Of a stretch of 56,959 nucleotides of DNA, positions 27,942 through 36,912 are shown piece after piece; within the stretch, counting starts at the first letter, position 1, and the number at the start of each line of letters is the position of its first letter. The stretch lies in IMG/VR virus record IMGVR_UViG_3300025875_000028, positions 1 to 56,959 of that record; one strand, 5' to 3'. The translations under genes and the position numbers were made by a program. The stretch comes from a virus. Lineage: Duplodnaviria > Caudoviricetes. The notes beneath the pieces were generated by a model. That model was given only the letters and a program-made list of their open reading frames with translations, searched no databases and was not told the origin of the DNA.

Positions 27942-28270
27942 GTCAGGGCTCCGTGCTCGCCGACACCGGGCTCAACTCTTACTGGCCTGGCACGATCCCT
28001 TCGATCGGTAGCGACGGTGTCGTCGTCGGCGGATCGAACGTCGTGCAGCTCAACGCGGCCAGCTACGCCTACATCCCGCTCCCGCGAAACATCATGCCGA
28101 ACGGCCTGATGACCTTCGTCGCCTTTCCCGGCGACACCGCGGGAGGTATCCGCTTCATCCAGGCCACGGCCTGCGATGGCAATACCGTGGCACTGCGCTG
28201 CACCAACGGCGGCGACGGCGGCATCCCGAACCAGATCGTCCGCATCAACTGGATCATGTTGGGATTCTGA
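27938..28270 (+). CDS. Small tail-associated protein
   Basis: C-terminal VRINWIMLG typical of small fibre-associated domains. Confidence 0.6.
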   Translation: MSQGSVLADTGLNSYWPGTIPSIGSDGVVVGGSNVVQLNAASYAYIPLPRNIMPNGLMTFVAFPGDTAGGIRFIQATACDGNTVALRCTNGGDGGIPNQIVRINWIMLGF

Positions 28271-28271
28271 G

Positions 28272-28583
28272 ATGGCCTCCTCGAAGGCAAGCAGCACCGG
28301 ACAGGTCAAGAGCACGGCGAAGGCGAAGAAGAAGCTCTGCCGTTGCGGGCACGACCAGCACGCCGGTGTCTGTGGCGCCGTCATCCATGCGGCCGACATC
28401 AGCGGCGAGGGCGACACCGGCACTGTCGAGATGCAGTGCGCCTGTCCCGCCTTCACCGAGCTGGACAACCCACCGCTCGGACTCGACGAGCCGGTCGTAG
28501 AGATCGGCACCGCCCGGATCAACGCCGGTGTCATCGAGACCTGGGCCGGCGATCACTGGAAGACCCTCGTCCTCCCCAGCTGA
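28272..28583 (+). CDS. Hypothetical Cys/His-rich protein
   Basis: CRCGHDQH...C...CACP. Confidence 0.55.
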   Translation: MASSKASSTGQVKSTAKAKKKLCRCGHDQHAGVCGAVIHAADISGEGDTGTVEMQCACPAFTELDNPPLGLDEPVVEIGTARINAGVIETWAGDHWKTLVLPS

Positions 28584-28620
28584 CCGGCTATCCTCGAAGC
28601 TCCCGACCGAGAGGAGCGAG

Positions 28621-28812
28621 ATGGCAGAGCAGGAGCAGGACGAAGAGCTGATCGCGTCGCTCACGCCGGCTGAGCACGTCGTCGACCCGCCGCAGGACGG
28701 CTGGGCCGGCGCCGATCTCACCGACGACGAGCGTGTCGACGACGCCTTCATCGAGGCCGACCCGACGTCCGTCACCATCCGGCCGTTCTACGGAGGGCCC
28801 CGTGGCTCGTGA
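28621..28812 (+). CDS. Small acidic hypothetical protein
   Basis: GAGGAG RBS; immediately before the endolysin. Confidence 0.55.
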   Translation: MAEQEQDEELIASLTPAEHVVDPPQDGWAGADLTDDERVDDAFIEADPTSVTIRPFYGGPRGS

Positions 28813-29695
28813 CGGCATCACCTTCGAGGATCTCGTCCGAGTGGCCCAGCGCGTCGGCGTCGAGGTCGTCGCGGCGCCGTCGTCACACCGCGGCAAGAAG
28901 GGGTCGATGGGTTCGGTCCTCGGGCCGACGATCCACCACACCGGCACGCCGAACACCTACAAGGCCGCCGACGACTACCCCGACTACAACGTGGTCAAGG
29001 AGGGGCGCACCGGGCTGGTCAACAGCCTGTCGGCCTACGGCCTCGGCCGCCGGAAGGCGATCTACGTCTTCTCGGAGTTCCTGAGCTGGCACGCCGGGAC
29101 GTGGAACTACCGCGGCGTCACCGACGGCAACGGCCACTTCCTCGGCATCGAGTGTGCCGGCGTGGGCGACTGGACGGACTGGCAGCGCAAGGTGCTGCCC
29201 CGGCTGGTGGCCAGCATCCTGCTCTTCCTCGGCGGCAACGTCGACTGGATGCCGCGGCACCTCGACGGCGCCATGCCGCGCGGCCGGAAGACCGATGCGG
29301 CGAACCTGTGGGCCTCGTTCCGCAGCGAGGTGCAGTTCTTCATGGACCACCCCGAGCAGATCAACGTCAACTACGTCGCCCCCGAGGCGAAGAAGGAAGA
29401 GGACACGATGAAGTTCAAGGCCTTCCGCTCCGACCCCGCCCAGGGGACCGGCGCCGACAAGGGCACCGGGGCCATCGCCGTCGCGGCGCCCGGCATCTTC
29501 TGGCAGTGCCCGAACCCCGACTACTGGGGGATGCTCCTGGCGCACGGCGTCACCGAGGAGGCGCTCAACGTCCCGCACAACGTCTACACCTTCTACCAGT
29601 CGCTCTACACCATGCCCGAGCACGACGACGCCGCCCTCGCCGCCGCGGTGGCCCGGGTCGAGGGCGTCGTCCGGGCGTTCCCGGTCCAGGGCTGA
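28802..29695 (+). CDS. Endolysin, N-acetylmuramoyl-L-alanine amidase
   Basis: IHHTG...SWHAG...LGIE...RH...RKTD amidase_2 motifs. Confidence 0.9.
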   Translation: MARDGITFEDLVRVAQRVGVEVVAAPSSHRGKKGSMGSVLGPTIHHTGTPNTYKAADDYPDYNVVKEGRTGLVNSLSAYGLGRRKAIYVFSEFLSWHAGTWNYRGVTDGNGHFLGIECAGVGDWTDWQRKVLPRLVASILLFLGGNVDWMPRHLDGAMPRGRKTDAANLWASFRSEVQFFMDHPEQINVNYVAPEAKKEEDTMKFKAFRSDPAQGTGADKGTGAIAVAAPGIFWQCPNPDYWGMLLAHGVTEEALNVPHNVYTFYQSLYTMPEHDDAALAAAVARVEGVVRAFPVQG

Positions 29696-29910
29696 TGGGC
29701 CGGCACGCGCTGGTCACCCAGCCGACGTGGAAGCCGGTGGCCAAGGTCGCCGCCGGTATCGGCGCCTGGCTGGGCACCTCGGCCGGTCTCGCCGTGCTCG
29801 CTGCGGTGAGCGACTCGGTCGACGAGAAGACTGTCGTCGGGGCGCTGGTGGCTGGCGGCCTCACCTCGCTGGCCACCTACCTCAAGCGGGCCCGCGCCAC
29901 GGAGGCCTGA
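29695..29910 (+). CDS. Holin
   Basis: 71 aa with two hydrophobic segments, coupled to the endolysin. Confidence 0.7.
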   Translation: MGRHALVTQPTWKPVAKVAAGIGAWLGTSAGLAVLAAVSDSVDEKTVVGALVAGGLTSLATYLKRARATEA

Positions 29911-29925
29911 CCAGCAGCTCCACCC

Positions 29926-29966
29926 GAAGACCCCCCGAGCCTCCCGTCGCGGCTCGGGGGGTCTTC
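29926..29966 (+). terminator. Terminator-like hairpin
   Basis: GAAGACCCCCCGAGC...GCTCGGGGGGTCTTC. Confidence 0.7.
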
Positions 29967-29985
29967 GCGCGTAGACTCCGTCGAC

Positions 29986-30417
29986 ATGGCCTTCCCTGCC
30001 CGCGAGCGGGTCACCGTCGAGAGCAAGCTCCCCGTGCACTTCGCCCCCTGGGTCATCCAGGCTCTCGGTCGGCTGGCCTTGACGGCGGCGGTGATCCTGG
30101 GGCTCATCATCATCATCGGCGGCCGAGCCCGCTTCTCCGGCCCCTCCTTCGCCAGCGCCCTCGCCTACCCAGGGGCACCCGCTTCGTGGGGCATCGTGCT
30201 CGGCGTGCTGGGCATCGCTGGCCTGTCCGCCAGCCTGCTCGGCGGACTGCGCATCACCCGCTGGGCGCTCTACGGCATGGCCACCTGGGCGCTCTTCTTC
30301 GCCTACAGCTTCGTCCAGACCGCGGCCCGAGACACCGGGGCGGGCACGACCGGCATCGTCATCTACGTCTACGTCGCGGTCAACGCGATCGTCCTCGGCG
30401 TAGCCCACAAGCGGTGA
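29986..30417 (+). CDS. Four-TM membrane protein
   Basis: Four hydrophobic segments. Confidence 0.75.
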   Translation: MAFPARERVTVESKLPVHFAPWVIQALGRLALTAAVILGLIIIIGGRARFSGPSFASALAYPGAPASWGIVLGVLGIAGLSASLLGGLRITRWALYGMATWALFFAYSFVQTAARDTGAGTTGIVIYVYVAVNAIVLGVAHKR

Positions 30418-30854
30418 GCCCCTACCGCACGGACCCGCTGCGTTCCGGGCGGCACCCGTTCCAGCTCTTCGTCCTCTTCCTGGCCTGGCTGGTGAGTCTG
30501 CCCACCCTCTTCGGTGCGGCCCCGACGCCCGGCTCGATCAACGCCACCCTGCCGGCCTGGCTGGCGTTCTCCTGGTCGGTCGCTCTGGCCGCCGGCGCCG
30601 GCATTGCCCTGGTGGGCGTCTTCCTGCTCAACCGCCCGATCGGCATCATCCTCGAGCAGCTCGGATTGGGGATCTTCGGCATCGCCAGCGTGGTCTACAC
30701 CGCGGCGGCCCTCAAGTCACTCGGGCTGGCCGCCCTGCAACCCGCTGGCATCGTGGCCGGCTTCGGCGCAGCGTGCCTGTGGCGGTACTTTCAGCTACAA
30801 GGCGTTCTGAATCGAGCGCAGGCCGAGCAGAAGAGGCGAGATGACCGGGGATGA
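30414..30854 (+). CDS. Four-TM membrane protein
   Basis: GRHPFQ start motif and four hydrophobic segments. Confidence 0.75.
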   Translation: MSPYRTDPLRSGRHPFQLFVLFLAWLVSLPTLFGAAPTPGSINATLPAWLAFSWSVALAAGAGIALVGVFLLNRPIGIILEQLGLGIFGIASVVYTAAALKSLGLAALQPAGIVAGFGAACLWRYFQLQGVLNRAQAEQKRRDDRG

Positions 30855-31344
30855 CGTCGTCCAGCTGTTCGCAGCCGCCGGGGGTGCCAGCATCCTCACC
30901 GCGTTCATCAACGCGCTGTTCAACAAGCGCAAGCTGGGCGCCGAGGCTACCGAGATCATCACGAAGGGCGCGGCCGGGATCGTCGAGCGGGTCGAGGCCG
31001 ACAACAAGCGGCTCCGCGAGGAGATGGCTGCCAACGAGATGCGGCACCGCAAGGAGCTCGGCGACGCCGAGGCCCGGCACCAGCAGTCGATCGGCGTCCT
31101 GCGCGAAGAGATCGCGCAGCTGACCCGGACGGTGTCGATCTCGGACAGCCGGGAGCGGATGCACCTCGTCGCCGAGGAGCGCAACCGCTCGCACCTCGAG
31201 CGCTGGCACCGCTACGGCGACCGCTGCGACATGATGCTGCGGGCGGCCAACATCGACCCGCCGGAGCCGCCGCCGCGGTTCCCCGAGCCGTTGGTCCCGG
31301 CCTACCCGAACGACCACGATGTCGGCTCGGGAGTCGTCGACTAA
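30841..31344 (+). CDS. Membrane-anchored coiled-coil protein (lysis-associated)
   Basis: N-terminal TM segment followed by coiled coil. Confidence 0.7.
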   Translation: MTGDDVVQLFAAAGGASILTAFINALFNKRKLGAEATEIITKGAAGIVERVEADNKRLREEMAANEMRHRKELGDAEARHQQSIGVLREEIAQLTRTVSISDSRERMHLVAEERNRSHLERWHRYGDRCDMMLRAANIDPPEPPPRFPEPLVPAYPNDHDVGSGVVD

Positions 31345-31354
31345 CAGCAGTGAC

Positions 31355-31390
31355 GAAAGGCCCCCCGGTGTCAGGCCGGGGGGCCTTTCT
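31355..31390. terminator. Bidirectional terminator between convergent arms
   Basis: GAAAGGCCCCCCGG...CCGGGGGGCCTTTC. Confidence 0.8.
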
Positions 31391-32096
31391 GCTCCCAGGG
31401 CGCCGGGTCGTCCGAGGCGGTGGCCGGCGTGCCCAGGACGGCCCGCTGCAGGGGGGTCCGACCGTCTGAGCCTGCGCTGACGCCGGGCGGGGTGTCCCCG
31501 CGGAGCATCCGGTCCAGCGGTGACAGCTCGAGGTAAGCCACCAGTCGGCGCGCAGCGTCCAGCGCCGTCGTCCGGGCGGACGCTTCGAGGTTACCGAGCA
31601 CGGCGTGGTTGCAGCCGCGCTCGTCGTCAGCGCACAGCAGCCCCCGCACCTCGCCGGTCTCATGGTCGTGGTCGACGGCGAGACGGCGGGAGCGAGGGAC
31701 TCGGCCGCAGATGAAGCAGCGACCGCGCTGCCATTCGAGGAGGGCCTGGTAGGTCGTCTCGTCGAGGTCGTAGGTCTTCTTGATGTGCGAGGCGTGCTGG
31801 GCCCGGGACTGACAGGCCCGACAGCGAGCGCCGCGGGCGTAGAAGAGCGGGATGTAGGACTGGCACCCCGAGCACCACCGCTTGCCCGCCGGCCACCGGC
31901 TCTCGGCGACCCGCATCTGGCGGCCGAACTCCTTGACGTGCGGGCTGTTGCGCAGCCGCCGGTCGGCCCACTGGATCTGCACCTCGATGGGCTGAGTCAG
32001 CAGCCAGTGGTACTTGCACCGCCGGTAGGAGCTGTAGTGCGGCTCCTCGCACCCTGCCTCCATGCACGGCGCCGGCTTCTTCCTCGCGGCGCCCAC
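31371..32096 (-). CDS. Endonuclease VII family protein
   Basis: QRGRCFIC...LAVDHDHETGEVRGLLC...CN motif. Confidence 0.9.
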   Translation of the reverse strand: MGAARKKPAPCMEAGCEEPHYSSYRRCKYHWLLTQPIEVQIQWADRRLRNSPHVKEFGRQMRVAESRWPAGKRWCSGCQSYIPLFYARGARCRACQSRAQHASHIKKTYDLDETTYQALLEWQRGRCFICGRVPRSRRLAVDHDHETGEVRGLLCADDERGCNHAVLGNLEASARTTALDAARRLVAYLELSPLDRMLRGDTPPGVSAGSDGRTPLQRAVLGTPATASDDPAPWEQKGPPA

Positions 32097-32099
32097 GGT

Positions 32100-32669
32100 C
32101 TACTCCTTGGTGATCGCGATGTCGGAGGCGGTCTTGCCCATCGTCCGCAGCGCGTGGCCAGCTGTCCGGCAGGGCCACAGCACGGTACCGCGGCTCTGCG
32201 GGCTCTGGTCGGGCTGGCAACCGGCGCAGCGCGGCGGCGTGCCGTAGAGCGGGAAGTGCGCCGCGGCCAGCTGGCCGGCCAGGTCGTCGCCGAGGCGCTT
32301 GCTGCAGAGCTCCTGGTAGTCGTAGCCGATCAGCTCGGGCACCACCGGCTCGACGACGTCGACGCGCTCGGCCACCACGCGGATCGGCTCTCCGGGCACC
32401 GGGTCGCCCGGCCGCCAGGAGAAGTGGGCGATGCCAGCGCGACGGCAGATCAGCTTCTTCGTCGGCGTGGTGTGGTACTGGATGCCGCGGGGGTACCAGT
32501 CCACGCCAGCGCCGCACACCGGGCACTCGGTCGGCTGCTTCGGCGGCGGCGGGCTGGCGGGCGTCTCGTGCTCGACGCCGACCGGGCGCCGGTTCGTCGG
32601 GCGGCCGAAGCCGTGGCCGTCCGCGAGGAAGCCGACGTCGCGCCAGACCTGGCCGAAGGGGTCGGTCAC
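32100..32669 (-). CDS. Hypothetical protein
   Basis: Coupled ORF; CPVC and CAGC...WPC motifs. Confidence 0.6.
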   Translation of the reverse strand: MTDPFGQVWRDVGFLADGHGFGRPTNRRPVGVEHETPASPPPPKQPTECPVCGAGVDWYPRGIQYHTTPTKKLICRRAGIAHFSWRPGDPVPGEPIRVVAERVDVVEPVVPELIGYDYQELCSKRLGDDLAGQLAAAHFPLYGTPPRCAGCQPDQSPQSRGTVLWPCRTAGHALRTMGKTASDIAITKE

Positions 32670-33019
32670 GACAGCACCTCGATCGCGGTGAAGGAGCCGG
32701 GCTCGATGGCCACGTCGCGATGCGGCCAGGCCGGACCGCCGTGGCCGACGGTGACCTTGCGCCAGCCGGAGCCGTCCCGGTCGTCGAGGTAGGCGGTGCC
32801 GCCGCCGGCGTTCACGCCGCCGAGCTCGACCCTGACCACCGGGATGCGCTGGCCGAGGATGCCCTCGGTGCGGGCCCAGTAGGCGGGGAACTCGGGGCTG
32901 TCGGCGACCACCGCGGTGCCGCGGGCCGCCCGGGTGTGCAGCCCGTTCCAGAAGGCGCCGCCGGGCGGCCGGGTGCGCCGCGGCGTCCGGGTCGGCTTGA
33001 CCTTGCGCCGGTTGCTCAT
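32666..33019 (-). CDS. Hypothetical protein
   Basis: Coupled ORF. Confidence 0.65.
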   Translation of the reverse strand: MSNRRKVKPTRTPRRTRPPGGAFWNGLHTRAARGTAVVADSPEFPAYWARTEGILGQRIPVVRVELGGVNAGGGTAYLDDRDGSGWRKVTVGHGGPAWPHRDVAIEPGSFTAIEVLS

Positions 33020-33390
33020 CGCGGGGTCCCCGCGGCGCGGTCCTGCAGGCGCATCGCCCAGCTGCCGGCCACCGCCATCACGTCGAGCAGGTGGTCGGCG
33101 AGCTCCTCCGGCGTGCGGGCGGCGTACAGCTTGGCCACCTCCTCGTCCAGCACGGTGCGCCAGGTGACGTCGCCGAGGAGAGCCTTCTGGGTGTCGGTGG
33201 CGTTCCGGGCGTCCAGCGCGGCGTCCATGTCGCCGTCCTGGTTGGTGCCGTCGGTGTGGTCCGAGGGGCCCCAGCGGTCGTCCTGCTCGACCATCCGGTT
33301 CGCGCCGGCAAACGCGACGTTCATCATCTGGCCGCGGCGCTTCACCTTGTCGAGCGCGGTCTGGACTTCGGGTGGCATCTGCTTGGCCAT
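33016..33390 (-). CDS. MazG-like helical protein (possibly degenerate)
   Basis: QDDRWG...DGT...TWRTVLDEEV...LLDVMAVAGSW pattern; some acidic ligands missing. Confidence 0.5.
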   Translation of the reverse strand: MAKQMPPEVQTALDKVKRRGQMMNVAFAGANRMVEQDDRWGPSDHTDGTNQDGDMDAALDARNATDTQKALLGDVTWRTVLDEEVAKLYAARTPEELADHLLDVMAVAGSWAMRLQDRAAGTPR

Positions 33391-33475
33391 GACGGGCTCC
33401 TCGGGTCGGTGGGAAAGGCCCGGCCCCGCCGCCCGGGGGAGGGGGCAGCGGGGCCGGGGGTCTTGCGGCGGGCGG

Positions 33476-34243
33476 TCAGACGCGGAAGGTCTGCGGCCCG
33501 TCGGACTGGGTCTGCGACTGCGCCAGCGCGGCGGCGAAGTCGAAGGCCGGCTGCTGGGTGACGATCGGCTCGGGCTGCTCGTACTCGAACGCCTCAGCCG
33601 GACCCCCGCCCTGGGCCTCCTCGTCCGACTGGGGCTCGTCCTCGCTGACGTCCTCGTCGGTGTCGACGTCGTCGTCCTCGTCGCCCTCGCCGAGTGGCAC
33701 GGTGGAGATGATCTCCGAGCCGTCGGCGAACTGCGGCTCCTCGGACTCGCTGCCCGACGCCGGCGGGAAGGTGCTCGGGTCCGGGTAGGCCGGCAGGGCG
33801 GCGGGACTGGTCGTCATCGGCGGGACCGAGACCGCGGGCTGGTTCGCCACGGCGGTCAGCGCCTCGACGTCGTCGGCCAGCTGTGCACCGCCCTCCCCCT
33901 GTTCGGCGCGGGCCTTGCGGACGAGCGCCGGGTGGATGGCGGCGTAGTCGACCTCGTCCTGGGCGTCCCGCTCCTCCTGGGCCAGTTCGTCGTAGGCCTC
34001 CTTGAGCTTGGCCCGCTTGTCCTTGATCTTCTGCAGCTCGGCGGTCGCCTTGGCCAGCGACTCCTCCGCGCGCTCGAGGGGGGACTTCCGGCGGGGCGTG
34101 CTGCTCTCGGCGGCCGGTGCTGGCTCGGGGGTCGGGGTGGCCGCCTCCGGGGTGGCGTTGGCCGCGGCCTTCTCGGCGTTGGCCTTGCGCGTGGCGGCAG
34201 CCTTCTCGCCGCGCGTCAGCTCGCGGCCCTCTGCGTTGGGCAT
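33476..34243 (-). CDS. Hypothetical coiled-coil / acidic low-complexity protein
   Basis: GAGGAG RBS; 255 aa. Confidence 0.7.
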   Translation of the reverse strand: MPNAEGRELTRGEKAAATRKANAEKAAANATPEAATPTPEPAPAAESSTPRRKSPLERAEESLAKATAELQKIKDKRAKLKEAYDELAQEERDAQDEVDYAAIHPALVRKARAEQGEGGAQLADDVEALTAVANQPAVSVPPMTTSPAALPAYPDPSTFPPASGSESEEPQFADGSEIISTVPLGEGDEDDDVDTDEDVSEDEPQSDEEAQGGGPAEAFEYEQPEPIVTQQPAFDFAAALAQSQTQSDGPQTFRV

Positions 34244-34329
34244 GGTGTCTCCTCTGGATCAGGGGTCGGTGAGGGGGTGGTGCACCGGGGGGCGGCCGAC
34301 GTCGCGGTCCGGCCGCCCCCCGGGGTGGG

Positions 34330-35295
34330 TCAGAAGTTCGGGACCGAGGCGTCGGCGACGGGCGCCGAGCTCCACGGGTCGGTCGCCGCCTGCTGCGGCG
34401 CCTGCTGGCCGAACTGCTGGCCCTGGCCCTGCTGTCCCGGCTGCCCGGCCGGAGCGCCCTGAGCGAAGCCCTGGGGGACCTGCTGCTGCGCCGGGGGCTG
34501 GAACTGCGGCTGCTGGGCCTGGGCGGGCACCTGCGGCTGCACCGGGGGCTGGAACTGCTGCGGCGCGCCCTGCTGGGCGAACTGCTGACCCTGGGGCTGC
34601 TGGGCCGGGAAGCCCTGCTGCTGACCGCCGAACGGCTGCCCCTGGGGCTGGCCGCCGCCGAACTGCCCCTGCTGGGGCTGCTGCGGCGCGGGCTGGGCGA
34701 ACTGCTGCTGGGCCGGGGCCTGCTGGCCGAACTGCCCCTGCTGGGGCTGCTGCTGGGCCTGCTGGCCGCCCGTGAAGGGCTGGTTGCCCTCGAAGGCGTC
34801 CGGCTTCGCGTACCCGGCCGGCGGCGGGACGTACTGCGCGGCGTAGAGCTTGACGTTGTTGAGCCGCGGGTTCTTCTTGTTCGGCTCCTCCCCGGTGAAC
34901 GCGACGTGCAGCGTGCCGCCGGCGAGGATCGGGAGCGCGGTGCCGTTGCCCGCCGCCTTCTTGGCGTTCTTGACCGCCTCGAAGAGGTTGCTCGGGTACC
35001 CGGCCCACAGCGCCTTGCGCTCGCCGGTCTGCCCGGAGGCATCGGCCCAGGGGGTCGACTGGACGACGCCGGTCACGACGGCGGCCATCTTCGGGTTCGG
35101 CTGCTCACCCGGCCGGGCGTCCCAGAACTCGGGCTCGCCGGTCTCGAAGTCGCGGGTCTGCAGCCACTTCGCGTCCTCGTCGATCGCGATCGTGACGAAG
35201 GACCCGGGGGGGGCGGCCTTGAAGCTGACGGCCGGTGCGCCGCCGCCCTGCTCGAACGGGTCGAAGCCGGGCTGTCCGGCCTGGGGCTGGCTCAT
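34330..35295 (-). CDS. Single-stranded DNA-binding protein-like, with long Gln/Pro-rich tail
   Basis: QTRDFETGEPEFW...GGTLHVAFTGE...KLYAAQY OB-like core; acidic-aromatic C-terminus. Confidence 0.7.
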   Translation of the reverse strand: MSQPQAGQPGFDPFEQGGGAPAVSFKAAPPGSFVTIAIDEDAKWLQTRDFETGEPEFWDARPGEQPNPKMAAVVTGVVQSTPWADASGQTGERKALWAGYPSNLFEAVKNAKKAAGNGTALPILAGGTLHVAFTGEEPNKKNPRLNNVKLYAAQYVPPPAGYAKPDAFEGNQPFTGGQQAQQQPQQGQFGQQAPAQQQFAQPAPQQPQQGQFGGGQPQGQPFGGQQQGFPAQQPQGQQFAQQGAPQQFQPPVQPQVPAQAQQPQFQPPAQQQVPQGFAQGAPAGQPGQQGQGQQFGQQAPQQAATDPWSSAPVADASVPNF

Positions 35296-35333
35296 GGTGC
35301 CTCCTGTAGAACGGGGTCGGTGTGCTGATGAAG

Positions 35334-35362
35334 AAGTTACTCACTCTTTGTTCGTCGGTCAA
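35334..35362 (-). promoter_or_regulatory. Promoter for the SSB operon
   Basis: TTGACC-17 nt-TAACTT. Confidence 0.65.
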
Positions 35363-35669
35363 GCCCCCATCTCGCGGCGAAGTCGTCGAGCAGCTGCTCG
35401 AGGTGGCGGCGCGCACCGCGGCGGGCGGTGGCCAGCGCGATCGTGTACTGCAGGTGTGACAGTCGCCCGCACATGACGACGCCGCGACGGTAGACGATGG
35501 CGGTCTCGGGCCAGGAAGGCACGATCACCACCGGAGCGCCGCCCAGCTGGCCGAAGTGCACCCACGGCACCACCGGCTCCGGCTCGCCGCTGCGGTTCAC
35601 CACGGTCGTGAGCCCGGGGGAGATCACCCCTCCCTGGTCGTAGGGCGGGTTCCACTCGTCGTCGATCAT
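35337..35669 (-). CDS. Hypothetical protein carrying a tape-measure C-terminal motif
   Basis: YDQGGVISPGLTTVVNRSGEPEPV. Confidence 0.6.
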   Translation of the reverse strand: MIDDEWNPPYDQGGVISPGLTTVVNRSGEPEPVVPWVHFGQLGGAPVVIVPSWPETAIVYRRGVVMCGRLSHLQYTIALATARRGARRHLEQLLDDFAARWGLDRRTKSE

Positions 35670-36760
35670 GCTGCGATCTCCCCTGCCGTCATGCGCCGGC
35701 CACCGCGGGCTGTCAGCTCGTCGGTCCAGACGTCCTCGAAGTCCTGGTAGATGCCCACGAGCTCGGCCTTGGTGGACGCGCCGTCGATCAGCTGGGTCGC
35801 CCGGTCGCGGGCCAGCTGGTTCACGTCCAGCGGGGAGGCCATGAGGTCGCCGCCTCGCTGGTAGTCCCGCACCCAGACGGCAACCTGGGCGGCGACGTAG
35901 CCCTTGGCGATGTTGATCGGCTGGATGATGGTGCGGGCCGGGGCGCCCGGCTTCGCCTTGGTGCCCTTGACCTCGCGCGAGGGGGTCCACGCGACGAAGG
36001 CCCAGTCGAGGTTGACCGGCTCGCCGTACTTCTCCTCGAACGTCATCCGCCGGTCCGTCGCCGGGTCGTAGATGTCGGCGTTGGCGTAGCCGGCGAACTG
36101 CACCGCGAACTCCTCCGGGTGCAGCTCGCCGGTCTTCTTGTCGAGGATGCACAGCCCCTTGAAGCCGGGGACCCGCACGAGGTGGTCGAAGGTGCCGGCG
36201 GCCATCAGCAGGTCGTTGGCGGTGAACATCTCGGTGTCGACGATGTCGATGCCGCGGGTGGCCTTCTCGAAGCTCTCGCACATCATCGCGAGCGGGTCGT
36301 CGAAGGCCACGCCCTCGTCGCCGGGCTCGGTGAGCTTGTGGAACGCCGTGCCGTAGTCCGCGAGCTCGTGGATCACCAGCCGGTCCAGCGCCCGTGCGAT
36401 CTGGGCGTCGATCTCCCGGCCGGCCGCCTTCTTGTCCCTCGGCTCCGGCTGGTTGAACCCGGTGTTGTAGTTCTGCGCGGCGATCAGCGCGGCGATGTCG
36501 GGGTTCCGGGCGATGGCTTGCGCCAGGTACCTGTCCTCCCAGATGTGCACGCCGCGCTGATCCATCAGGTAGTCGGCCAGCGAGGACATCCGGCTGTAGG
36601 GCACTCGGGTCCGGCCGCCGGCGGGGATGAGCAGCGGTCGGCCGTAGCCGTCGCGCTGCAGCTCCCGCTCGGCCTCGGGTAGCGCCAGCATCTTCGCGTT
36701 GCCGGCGTCCTCGAAGGGGTCGCGGACCCGTTGCGAGGTGACCTTGAGGATGTCGGTCAT
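35666..36760 (-). CDS. PD-(D/E)xK exonuclease (RecB/Cas4-like)
   Basis: GTAFH...E...AGTFD...ILDKKTG...QFAGYA. Confidence 0.85.
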   Translation of the reverse strand: MTDILKVTSQRVRDPFEDAGNAKMLALPEAERELQRDGYGRPLLIPAGGRTRVPYSRMSSLADYLMDQRGVHIWEDRYLAQAIARNPDIAALIAAQNYNTGFNQPEPRDKKAAGREIDAQIARALDRLVIHELADYGTAFHKLTEPGDEGVAFDDPLAMMCESFEKATRGIDIVDTEMFTANDLLMAAGTFDHLVRVPGFKGLCILDKKTGELHPEEFAVQFAGYANADIYDPATDRRMTFEEKYGEPVNLDWAFVAWTPSREVKGTKAKPGAPARTIIQPINIAKGYVAAQVAVWVRDYQRGGDLMASPLDVNQLARDRATQLIDGASTKAELVGIYQDFEDVWTDELTARGGRRMTAGEIAA

Positions 36761-36912
36761 CGTCTCCTCCTCTTCCGCTTCTTGTGGTCGCCGCGACCGT
36801 GCGCGCGCTGCAGGTCGGTGACGTCTTCGATCCACCAGGCGTCGGTCCATCCCGGCGGCCGGACGTGGGTCTCGTTGCAGCTGGGGCATGTCCAGCTGTC
36901 GCTGATGTCCAT
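36757..36912 (-). CDS. Small Zn-ribbon protein
   Basis: WTCPSC; coupled ORF. Confidence 0.55.
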   Translation of the reverse strand: MDISDSWTCPSCNETHVRPPGWTDAWWIEDVTDLQRAHGRGDHKKRKRRRR

